From: Armatimonadota bacterium
GTDB taxonomy: Bacteria > Armatimonadota > UBA10988
Direction of reading: 5' to 3'
Length of the DNA stretch: 44,944 nt
Assembly: GCA_016235455.1 (NCBI GenBank)
Contig: JACRKZ010000135.1
Coordinates: 1-44,944, forward strand
A model generated the notes under the pieces. That model saw only the letters and a list, made by a program, of their open reading frames with translations, did not search any database and had not been told where the DNA came from. Both the position numbers and the translations under genes were made by a program. Shown here piece by piece: positions 18,982 to 27,238 of this stretch (position 1 is the stretch's first letter; each line of letters opens with the position of its first letter).

Positions 18982-19042
18982 AGTGCCGACTCCGTGACTG
19001 GACTGGAGCCGGGCTATTCGCCAGTTCGACCCTCGGCACCTG

Positions 19043-19070
19043 CGCGGATCGCGATCCGCGGTGGATCCAC
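19043..19070. promoter_or_regulatory. Two abutting perfect palindromes (18 bp + 10 bp), candidate operator
   Basis: cgcggatcgcgatccgcg (19043-19060) directly followed by gtggatccac (19061-19070), in the divergent GH116/rnd intergenic region. Confidence 0.4.
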
Positions 19071-19072
19071 GC

Positions 19073-19078
19073 TACAAT
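19073..19078 (+). promoter_or_regulatory. -10 box TACAAT for a probably leaderless rnd transcript
   Basis: TACAAT, then 7 nt, then ATG 19086. No Shine-Dalgarno sequence is visible. Confidence 0.55.
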
Positions 19079-19085
19079 GGGCCCC

Positions 19086-20240
19086 ATGCTCATCCAGACC
19101 AACAGCCAGCTCGTCTCGTTCGTCGACTCCCTGTGCGACGAGCCCGCCATCTTCATCGACACCGAGTTCGTCGGCGAGGGCCACTACTACGCGCGCCTCG
19201 GCTCGGTCCAGATCGGCACGCCGACACAGGCCGCGCTGGTCGACCCACTGGCTGTCAAGGATCTGTCGCCGCTCGGCCCGATCCTGGCCGACCCGGCGGT
19301 GGTCAAGGTGTTCCATGCCGCCGGCCAGGACCTGCAGATCCTCACGCGGCTCTATGGCCGGCCGGTGGCGCCGGTGTTCGATACCCAGGTTGCCGCGCAA
19401 CTGCTGAGTGGCGACGAGCAGATCTCGTTCGACCGCCTGGTGACACGCATCACGGGCAAGTCGCCGGCCGCCGGCCACGGCTTCACCGACTGGCTGCGCC
19501 GGCCGCTCACGCCGGGCCAGATTGAGTACGCGCTGGACGATGTGCGCCTCTTGGTGCCGGTCTATGAAGCGCAACGCGGCCGGTTGGCCGAGCTGGACCG
19601 CGAGAGCTGGGCGCGCGAGGAGTTTGCCAAGCTCGAGGAGCCGACGCGCTTCGCCCCGTCCGACCCCGAGCAGCAGTACATGCGTGTGCGCGGTTTCGAC
19701 AACCTGTCTGGCCCGGCGCTGGCCTCGCTGCAGGCGTTGGCCGCCTGGCGCGAGTACACGGCGCGCGAGATGGACATCCCGGTCGGCCGCATCGCCCGTG
19801 ACGAGACGCTGTCGGAACTGGCCATGCGCCCGCGCAAGTCGACCCGCGAACTGCGCGACATCCGTGGCCTGCGACCCGACCAGATCGACCGCTACGGCGC
19901 CGACCTGCTGCGCGTGGCCCAGGAGGGCCGCGCCCAGACTCCGCCCGCGCGCCGGCCGCGCATCAGCGTGTCGGCGGCCTTGGAGCCGACGGTCGACTTC
20001 ATGGGCCTGTGCCTGCGATCGCTCGCCGAGCAGGCCTCCGTGGCGGCCACGGCCGTGGCCACGCGTTCGGATCTGGTGGCGCTCGTCCTTCTCGGCGAGG
20101 AGGCCGACATCGCCCTGCTGCGCGGCTGGCGCCGGCCGGCCTTTGGCGAGCCACTGCTCGACGCGTTGTCCGGCAAAGCCGTGGCGCGCGTGCTGCCCGA
20201 TGACCACACCGTGCATCTGGTCTGGGATCAGGGGCACTAG
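19086..20240 (+). CDS. rnd: Ribonuclease D (DEDDy 3'-5' exonuclease with HRDC domain)
   Basis: Motifs: IDTEF, KVFHAAGQD, FDTQVAA, TDWLRRPL...YALDDV, WARE E, HRDC LAAWRE..AR..D.P, C-terminal GWRR..FGE. Confidence 0.92.
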   Translation: MLIQTNSQLVSFVDSLCDEPAIFIDTEFVGEGHYYARLGSVQIGTPTQAALVDPLAVKDLSPLGPILADPAVVKVFHAAGQDLQILTRLYGRPVAPVFDTQVAAQLLSGDEQISFDRLVTRITGKSPAAGHGFTDWLRRPLTPGQIEYALDDVRLLVPVYEAQRGRLAELDRESWAREEFAKLEEPTRFAPSDPEQQYMRVRGFDNLSGPALASLQALAAWREYTAREMDIPVGRIARDETLSELAMRPRKSTRELRDIRGLRPDQIDRYGADLLRVAQEGRAQTPPARRPRISVSAALEPTVDFMGLCLRSLAEQASVAATAVATRSDLVALVLLGEEADIALLRGWRRPAFGEPLLDALSGKAVARVLPDDHTVHLVWDQGH

Positions 20241-20261
20241 ACCGCGTCCGTCAAGCAGGCA

Positions 20262-22319
20262 TCACTTGACCGGCGCCACCACCTTGCCCTCGACCTGCGC
20301 GCGAGCCAGGCGAGACGCCTGGTAGAGCTCGTCCAGCCGCACCACCTTGAAGCGCTCGGGCGGCAGCAGCCGGGCGATCCCCGCGAACCAGGAGGGATCG
20401 CCGGCGTACAGCAGCGTGAACCACGGGCCCTGGACCCCGTCGGTCTCGCGCCGCAGCTTGTCGACGAACTGACCCGGGCTGCCTTCCTCGTAGTAGTGGT
20501 TGCTGTGCACCAACGGCGGGCAGCCTTCTGGGTAGGTCACGCGCTGATCCTTGTGCCACAGAGAGACGCCCTGCAGACCCATGCTCGCCAGCCAACGCAG
20601 GCGCTCGGCCTCCGGATTGAGCGGGTAGAAGTACCACAGGTCGGCAAAGGGCGCGTCGGCCAGCTTGGCGCCATCGCGCGTGCGCTGGGCGAACAGATTG
20701 CGCACGGCGGGCGGCAGGAAGGTCGGCGCCGCGTAACCATAGCCGCTGGGTCCGATGAAGAAGCAGTCGTTGGGTGTGGCCTCGGCGTAGAAGCGCTGCA
20801 TGACCGCGGGGAACCGCTCGCACAGGTATGGCGACATGCCCCAGTTGATGGGCAGCTTGCCGCGATCGGCCTGCAGCCAGCTCCCGCCGTTGTACAGCGA
20901 GCCGGCGCACTTGGCGGTGTCGCCTTCGTTGACCATGAAGGCCACGTAGACCTTGGTCTCGAGCTTCACCTCGGCCGGCGTGATGTGGCGCTGGCGGAAC
21001 GCCGCACGGGCCGGCCGGAGCGCGGCCAGGAACGACAGGTTGGGCACCTGACCGCACTCGACGAACAGGCCGGCGCGCGACACACGGAACAGGTACGACT
21101 GCTCGCTCGGCTTGCCCCAACCCCACACCGGACTCAGCGGCTTGGGGTGCGCGAGGATGCGGTCGAGCTGCTTGGCGCCCGGTGGGTGGAGCCCGCCCGG
21201 CCTCTTCTCCAGCCACTCGCGCACGTAGTCCTCATGGACCGTCTCGGGTAGCGCATGGCTCAGGTCGTAGACGAACAGCCGCTGCGCGACCGCCACATCG
21301 AGGGCAAAGTCGTCGATGGCCTCGCAGTAGGAGTACAGGCCGTCGCGTGAGCAACGGGGCAGCAGGTTGGTCAACGCCCAGTCGTACAGCGGCTCCTTGG
21401 GCGCCTGTGCGCCACCGCTCAGCTCAGCGCGGACGGACCTGACCCAGACGCTCTTGCCGCGCCCGATGATCCACAGGTGCAGGCTGATCTCGCGCTCGCC
21501 CTGCCAGTTGGGCACCGTGCTCAAGTCGAACTCGAAGCGGCCCGTGGCGTCGGTATCGCGTTGGATGACCTCGTCGCCCGCGCCGGGCCGCGAGATCTTC
21601 AACGACCACTGGCCCTCCGCTCGCGGCACCTCGATGACCACTTTGCCGCTGACCGCGTGGAACGGCAATTCGATGCGGCGGGCCGCCGCGGAGTAGGGCT
21701 CGGTGGCGTCGCCCTTCAGGGCGAAGCGCGCCAGATCGCCCTCGCGGGTCACGGTCACCTGACCACCGGCCCACTCGGCGGGGTTAAGGTCGAAAGACTG
21801 CCGCGCCAACTCGGGCTGCCCATGGGCAACAGTGGTGTCGAACACCACCGGCAACGCCGTCAGAGCCGGTACGCTCTGACGCAGCTTGGCGGTCACGGGC
21901 ACGGCATCGAGCAGCCCTGCCTGGGTCACACCGACCTCGAAATCGCCGGGGTAGCCGGGGTCATAGAGCACCGCGCCCTTGACCACGCCGCTCACTTTGC
22001 CGAGCAGCGCCGCCAGGTCGGCCACCGGCTCGAACGTCAGCTTGTGCACGCGCCGGCAGTACGCCATCCAGTCGTCGGCCACCGACCTCATGCTGGCCAG
22101 CGCCGCCGGTAGCGCCTCGCGCTTGGGCATCATGAACGGATTGGACCCGCCCGGCTGCAGGTAGACGTGTGGCCCCTGGCGGTTGGCCAGGCCCTGGATG
22201 GCGGTGGCAGCGACGCGTTCAGCGTGGTCGAGCTTGTCGATGTCGAGGACCCAGACCTGCGCCCGCGCGGCGCTGGTCAGGGCCGCGACGAGGAGCAGAC
22301 TGCAGACGATGGACCGCAT
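20262..22319 (-). CDS. Secreted GxGYxYP-family putative glycoside hydrolase/deacetylase-fold protein with an inserted beta-sandwich
   Basis: Start ATG 22319 (GAGGTG RBS, signal peptide to ARA). Motifs: AIQGLANR, NLSF, YVAFMVNEGD, RGKLPINW, ATPNDCFFIGPSGYGYAAP. Confidence 0.75.
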   Translation of the reverse strand: MRSIVCSLLLVAALTSAARAQVWVLDIDKLDHAERVAATAIQGLANRQGPHVYLQPGGSNPFMMPKREALPAALASMRSVADDWMAYCRRVHKLTFEPVADLAALLGKVSGVVKGAVLYDPGYPGDFEVGVTQAGLLDAVPVTAKLRQSVPALTALPVVFDTTVAHGQPELARQSFDLNPAEWAGGQVTVTREGDLARFALKGDATEPYSAAARRIELPFHAVSGKVVIEVPRAEGQWSLKISRPGAGDEVIQRDTDATGRFEFDLSTVPNWQGEREISLHLWIIGRGKSVWVRSVRAELSGGAQAPKEPLYDWALTNLLPRCSRDGLYSYCEAIDDFALDVAVAQRLFVYDLSHALPETVHEDYVREWLEKRPGGLHPPGAKQLDRILAHPKPLSPVWGWGKPSEQSYLFRVSRAGLFVECGQVPNLSFLAALRPARAAFRQRHITPAEVKLETKVYVAFMVNEGDTAKCAGSLYNGGSWLQADRGKLPINWGMSPYLCERFPAVMQRFYAEATPNDCFFIGPSGYGYAAPTFLPPAVRNLFAQRTRDGAKLADAPFADLWYFYPLNPEAERLRWLASMGLQGVSLWHKDQRVTYPEGCPPLVHSNHYYEEGSPGQFVDKLRRETDGVQGPWFTLLYAGDPSWFAGIARLLPPERFKVVRLDELYQASRLARAQVEGKVVAPVK

Positions 22320-22341
22320 GAGTGAACCCACCTCGCGCGGC

Positions 22342-22347
22342 ATTGTA
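22342..22347 (-). promoter_or_regulatory. -10 box TACAAT for the GxGYxYP gene
   Basis: attgta on the + strand (TACAAT on the - strand), 22 nt upstream of ATG 22319. Confidence 0.45.
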
Positions 22348-22564
22348 GACGATCACCCCGTCAGGCGCGACTCGGCCGTCGGCTGCCACCACCGGTGGCC
22401 CAAAGCATCAGGGCATGTCTGTATCTTTGCCCCAGGAACCGCTCACTCTCGCCGCAGGCCCCCGACGGTGGGGAGCCGCGCGATATAGTGCACTCAAGGC
22501 CCACGCGTTCGTGCGGACCGACAACGCCCGGCGGGTGAGTGATCGATGGGGAGAAGGACCGGCC

Positions 22565-24292
22565 ATGGTTGAGCATTCCGTCAGCGCAGTGATGACGCCC
22601 CCCGGCATCGCCAAATGCCCGACCGGCATCCGTGGGCTCGACCAGATCACCGGTGGCGGTCTGCCGCGCGGCCGGTCGACCCTGGTCTGCGGCAGCGCCG
22701 GCAGTGGCAAGACGCTGCTGGCCATGGAGTTTGTCGTGCGCGGGGTCCGCGAGTTCGGCGAGCCGGGCGTGTTCATGGCCTTTGAGGAGACCCAGCGCGA
22801 GCTGACCGACAATGTCCATTCGCTCGGGTTCGACCTGGCCGATCTGGTCCAGCAGAAGCTGATCGCCATCGACTATGTGCAGGTCGAGCGCAGCGAGATC
22901 GAAGAGACCGGCGAGTACGACCTGGAGGGCCTGTTCCTGCGCCTCAACTACATGATCCAGCAGACCGGCGCCAAGCGCGTGGTGCTGGACTCGCTGGAGG
23001 CACTGTTTGCCGCGCTGCCCAACGAGGCCATTCTGCGCGCGGAGCTGCGGCGGCTGTTCCGCTGGCTCAAGGACCAGGGCGTGACGGCCGTGATCACCGC
23101 CGAACAGGGCGCTCAGACGTTGACGCGCCACGGGCTCGAAGAGTACATCAGCGACTGCGTCATCTTCCTCGACCACCGCGTGACCAACCAGATCGCCACC
23201 CGCCGGCTGCGCGTGGTCAAGTACCGCGGCTCGGCGCACGGCACCAGCGAGTACCCGACCACCATCGACGAGCGCGGTCTGAGCGTGCTGCCGCTCAGCT
23301 CGCTGGGGCTGGCCTACGAGGTCAGCGACGAGCGCGTGCCCAGCGGCGCGGAGCGGCTCGACACGATGCTCGGCGGCAAGGGCTACTTCCGCGGCAGCAG
23401 CATCCTCGTCTCGGGCACCGCCGGCGCGGGCAAGACCAGCCTGGCGGCGGCCTTCGTCGACGCCCAGTGCCGGCGCGGCGAGCGCTGCCTGTACCTGGCG
23501 TTCGAGGAATCACCCCATCAGATCCTGCGCAACATGCGCTCGGTCAGCTACGACCTGGAGCCGTGGGTCAAAGCCGGCCTGTTGCACTTCCACGCCGTGC
23601 GCTCCACTCTGTATGGGCTGGAACAGCACCTGGTGGCCCTCCACAAACTGACCGACGAGTTCCACCCCGCGGCCGTGGTGGTGGATCCGGTCACCAATCT
23701 GTTGAGCATGGGCGTCACCGACGAGGTGAAGGCCATGCTCACGCGGGTCATCGACCACCTCAAGACCCTGGGCGTGACCGCGCTGTTCACCAGCCTGACC
23801 AGCGGCGGTGAGGCCACGGAGCGGACCGAAGTCAACATCTCCTCGCTGATGGACACCTGGGTGCTGCTGCGCAACCTCGAGGCCAGCGGCGAGCGCAACC
23901 GCCTGCTCTATGTGCTCAAGAGCCGCGGCATGGCTCACTCCAATCAGGTGCGCGAGTTCTTGCTGACCAGCGAGGGCATCCAGTTGACCGATGCCTATGT
24001 AGGGCCGGGCGAGGTGCTGGCCGGGTCGGCCCGCCTGCAGCAGATGGCGCGGGACCGGGCCGAGGTGCTCACCGCGCAGCAACGCACGGCACGCCGCCAG
24101 GCCGAGATCGCCGAGCAGCGCCGGCAGGTGCAATCCGAAGTGGATGCGCTGCAGGCCCGAGCGGCGGCGCTGACCGACGAGTTACGGCTGATGGCCGACG
24201 AGGAGCAGTGGCGTTACCAGGCGACGGCCGACACGCGCGCCGCGCTGGAGAGCGCGCGCCAGACCGACGTCAACGGCGAGGTGAAGCCATGA
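22565..24292 (+). CDS. kaiC: Circadian clock protein KaiC homologue (double RecA-like ATPase, KaiC2-like)
   Basis: CI Walker [36 protein letters not shown] Walker [18 protein letters not shown], phosphosite [22 protein letters not shown]. Start placed at ATG 22565. Confidence 0.95.
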   Translation: MVEHSVSAVMTPPGIAKCPTGIRGLDQITGGGLPRGRSTLVCGSAGSGKTLLAMEFVVRGVREFGEPGVFMAFEETQRELTDNVHSLGFDLADLVQQKLIAIDYVQVERSEIEETGEYDLEGLFLRLNYMIQQTGAKRVVLDSLEALFAALPNEAILRAELRRLFRWLKDQGVTAVITAEQGAQTLTRHGLEEYISDCVIFLDHRVTNQIATRRLRVVKYRGSAHGTSEYPTTIDERGLSVLPLSSLGLAYEVSDERVPSGAERLDTMLGGKGYFRGSSILVSGTAGAGKTSLAAAFVDAQCRRGERCLYLAFEESPHQILRNMRSVSYDLEPWVKAGLLHFHAVRSTLYGLEQHLVALHKLTDEFHPAAVVVDPVTNLLSMGVTDEVKAMLTRVIDHLKTLGVTALFTSLTSGGEATERTEVNISSLMDTWVLLRNLEASGERNRLLYVLKSRGMAHSNQVREFLLTSEGIQLTDAYVGPGEVLAGSARLQQMARDRAEVLTAQQRTARRQAEIAEQRRQVQSEVDALQARAAALTDELRLMADEEQWRYQATADTRAALESARQTDVNGEVKP

Positions 24293-24624
24293 TGGGCACG
24301 CAGCACGGGCCGGTCGACGACCTGCCCCCGACAGCGGCATCAGGCGAGCATTGGGACCTGCGACTGTATGTGGCGGGCCGGACGGCACGCGCCGTGGCCG
24401 CTCTCGACAACCTCCAGCGGCTGTGCGACGAACGCCTGGCCGGCCGCTACAGCATCGAGGTGATCGACTTGGTGCAGAACCCGCGGCTGGCCGTCGACGA
24501 CCAGATCCTGGCCATTCCCACCTTGGTGCGCAAGCTGCCCGAGCCGATCAAGAAGATCATCGGCGATCTGGCCAACGAAGAGCGACTGCTGGTCGGTCTC
24601 GACCTGCGACCGCGCCGGCCCTGA
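24289..24624 (+). CDS. kaiB: KaiB homologue 1
   Basis: ATGA overlap with the kaiC stop and GAGGTG RBS. Sequence LRLYVAG...[34 protein letters not shown]...GLDL. Confidence 0.93.
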   Translation: MMGTQHGPVDDLPPTAASGEHWDLRLYVAGRTARAVAALDNLQRLCDERLAGRYSIEVIDLVQNPRLAVDDQILAIPTLVRKLPEPIKKIIGDLANEERLLVGLDLRPRRP

Positions 24625-24639
24625 GAAGGCAGCCACCCC

Positions 24640-24972
24640 ATGCACGACAATCCATCCGACCCAGATGACTGGCAGGCACCCAGCGGCGCTGCGCGGAACT
24701 ATGTGCTCAAGCTGTACGTGTCGGGCATCACACCGCGCTCCGAGGAGGCCATCCGGTGCGTCACAGCGATCTGCCGCGAGCGATTGGCCGGGCGATATGA
24801 CCTGGAGATCATCGACATCTACCGGCATCCCGCGCTGGCCAGGGATGGCCAGATCGTCGCCGCGCCGACGCTGGTCAAGCAACTGCCGCTGCCTCTGCGC
24901 CGGATGATCGGCAGCATGGCCAACGAGGAACGGCTCCTGGCCGGTCTCGATCTGCGTCCACGAGCCGACTGA
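24640..24972 (+). CDS. kaiB: KaiB homologue 2
   Basis: YVLKLYVSGITPRS...LEIIDIY.HP.LA...QIVAAPTLVKQLPLPLRRMIG...GLDL. Confidence 0.9.
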   Translation: MHDNPSDPDDWQAPSGAARNYVLKLYVSGITPRSEEAIRCVTAICRERLAGRYDLEIIDIYRHPALARDGQIVAAPTLVKQLPLPLRRMIGSMANEERLLAGLDLRPRAD

Positions 24973-25003
24973 ACCAGGGCCGCCGGGCCAAGGAGCTTGT
25001 CTG

Positions 25004-27076
25004 ATGGCCCAAACCGCGAGCGACATACCCGCCAGGGCGGAGTTGCTGGCTGAGAACCTGCGGCTCGCCGCGCGCCTCGATGAGGCCGAGCAGACGCTGG
25101 AGGCCATCCGGACCGGCGATGTGGATGCCTTGCTGGTCAGCGGGCCGCACGGCGAGCAGGTCTTCACGCTCGACGGCGCCGACCGCGTCTACCGCACCAT
25201 CATCGAGACGATGAACGAAGCGGCGCTGACCGTGGATGTCGACGCGACCATCCTCTTCTGCAACCCTCGTTTCGGCGAGCTGATCGGCTCGCCGCTGGCG
25301 GCCATCGTGGGCCAGCCGTTGACCGCGTTCGCCGCGCCGCCGCAGTATGACCCGCTGCGGCGCCTGTTGGCCGACGCGCGGCAGGCACCCGTGCAGCGCC
25401 GACTGACTCTGCGCGCCGCCGATGGCCGCCCCGTGCCCTGCCAGTTCGCCGCCAGCCCGCTGGTCACCGAGACCGGCCCTCAGGTCTGCTTGACCGCCAG
25501 CGACCTGTCGGAGCTGGAGGCCGCGGCCGGTTCGGCCCGCGTCCTGCGCGAACAGCAGCAGGCGCTGGAGGCCAGCCAGGCCACCCTGCGCAGCTTCTAC
25601 GACAGCTCGACGTTCATCATGGGCGTCGCCGAGCTGGCCGGCGACGAACTGCTGGTGGTGCACACCAACGCCGCCACGGCCAGGTTCTTCGACACGACGA
25701 GCCGCGACCTGGCGGGCCGCTCCTTCGCGGCGCCCGAGATCAACGGACCATGGCTCGACCGCTGCCGGCACAGCCAGGTCCGTCGCGAGCCCGTGGAGTT
25801 CGACTATGAGCATCCCACGCGGGCCGGGCCGCGCTGGCTCCACGCGACGGTGGCCTACCTGGGCGACAACGACGCCGGCCGCCCCCTGTTCAGCTACGTG
25901 GCCGAGGATGTCACCGAGCAGATGCGGGCCAAGGAATCGCTGATCCAGCTCAACGAGACGCTCGAGCGTCGGGTGGCCGCGCGCACCGCGGAGGCCGAGG
26001 AGCGGGCACAAGCCCTGCGCCAACTGGCCGGCGAACTGGGCCAGGCCGAGCAGCGCGAGCGCAAGCGCGTGGCCGAGCTGCTCCACGATGGTTTGCAGCA
26101 GGTGCTGATCGCCGCGCAGCTCCAGACCGAGATGCTGCGCCGCCAGCTCACGGACTCGCCGCTGGGGTCCACTGCGGGCCGGCTGGACGACCTGCTCCGG
26201 CAGGCGCTGACCACCTCGCGCGGGCTGACCGCGGAGCTGGCGCCGCCCGCGCTCTACTTCGGCGACCTGCTGGCCGCGTTGCAGTGGCTGGCCCACGCCT
26301 ATCGCGACAACCACGACCTGACCATCGAGCTGACCGTCCCGCCGACCGTCGGCCCCATCGAGGAGTCTGTCAAAGTGCTGCTCTTCCAGGCCGTCCGCGA
26401 GCTGCTGCTCAACGTGGTCAAACACGCCGATGTGACCGCCGCACAGGTCGGCGTGGCCTATCGACCCGACGGGCAGATAGAGGTCAGCGTCGTCGACCGT
26501 GGTCGCGGCTTTGCCCTGTCGCCCGGATGGTCGGCGGGCCAGCCAGGCAGCGGGTTTGGTCTGTTTGGCGTGCGGGAGCGCATCGCCCTGCTGGGCGGCG
26601 AGCTGCGTCTCGACAGCCAGCCCGGCACAGGCACCCGCGCCACCCTCATCGTGCCCGTCGACTCCCCGCTGCCGCGCGAGAGCGCACCCGCGGCCGCGGC
26701 CGACGAGACGACACCGCCGATCCGGGTGCTGCTGGTCGATGACCACCAGGTGGTGCGTGAAGGGCTGGCCGCGGTCCTCTTCGGCCACGACGGCCTGCTC
26801 GTGGTGGGCGAGGCGGCTGATGGCCTGGAAGCCTTCGAGCAGGCCCGCCGGCTGCGGCCCGATGTGGTCGTCATGGATGTCCGGATGCCCCGCATGGACG
26901 GTGTCGAGGCCTGTCGCCTGATCACCCGCGAGCTGCCCGGCACGGTCGTCATTGGCCTGTCGATGTCCGACGACCCGCACACCATCGCCCATATGAAGGA
27001 CGCCGGCGCCACCGAGTTCGTGAGCAAGTCGAACGTGGCGGAGCAGTTGCTGCCGCTGATCCGGCGGTGTGTGTGA
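25004..27076 (+). CDS. Cytoplasmic hybrid histidine kinase: N-terminal coiled segment, two PAS domains, HisKA_3, HATPase, NarL-type receiver
   Basis: PAS segments end in ASDLS and AEDVTEQ. H-box ERKRVAELLHDGLQQ; N-box RELLLNVVKHA; G-boxes DRGRGF, GFGLFGVRER, GTG. Receiver VLLVDDH...DVVVMDVRMP...GA..FVSK. No transmembrane helix seen. AGGAG RBS. Confidence 0.9.
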   Translation: MAQTASDIPARAELLAENLRLAARLDEAEQTLEAIRTGDVDALLVSGPHGEQVFTLDGADRVYRTIIETMNEAALTVDVDATILFCNPRFGELIGSPLAAIVGQPLTAFAAPPQYDPLRRLLADARQAPVQRRLTLRAADGRPVPCQFAASPLVTETGPQVCLTASDLSELEAAAGSARVLREQQQALEASQATLRSFYDSSTFIMGVAELAGDELLVVHTNAATARFFDTTSRDLAGRSFAAPEINGPWLDRCRHSQVRREPVEFDYEHPTRAGPRWLHATVAYLGDNDAGRPLFSYVAEDVTEQMRAKESLIQLNETLERRVAARTAEAEERAQALRQLAGELGQAEQRERKRVAELLHDGLQQVLIAAQLQTEMLRRQLTDSPLGSTAGRLDDLLRQALTTSRGLTAELAPPALYFGDLLAALQWLAHAYRDNHDLTIELTVPPTVGPIEESVKVLLFQAVRELLLNVVKHADVTAAQVGVAYRPDGQIEVSVVDRGRGFALSPGWSAGQPGSGFGLFGVRERIALLGGELRLDSQPGTGTRATLIVPVDSPLPRESAPAAAADETTPPIRVLLVDDHQVVREGLAAVLFGHDGLLVVGEAADGLEAFEQARRLRPDVVVMDVRMPRMDGVEACRLITRELPGTVVIGLSMSDDPHTIAHMKDAGATEFVSKSNVAEQLLPLIRRCV

Positions 27077-27238
27077 GGGCGGGTCGCCTGGCTGACCGCC
27101 GCCCGCTGCCGACGTCGGCACACACCGACCTCACGATGATGCTGGGGCCGGAAGCCCGCCCCGCCAAGGATCCGCGTGCCCAGTGGCGGGCTGGCACTGC
27201 CGCCGTCCTCGGTGCATACTCGGCAAAGGGGTAGTGCC

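Noticed and set aside
22348-22564. Hidden kaiA, or a KaiC N-terminal extension from 22415
   Set aside because: The region is too short and has no KaiA-like sequence. KaiC similarity begins just after ATG 22565. A TATAGT at 22484-22489 may be a -10 box but lacks a -35, so it was not called.
27107-27120. 14-bp palindrome tgccgacgtcggca downstream of the kinase
   Set aside because: GC-rich, single copy and not positioned at a recognisable promoter, so it is plausible by chance.
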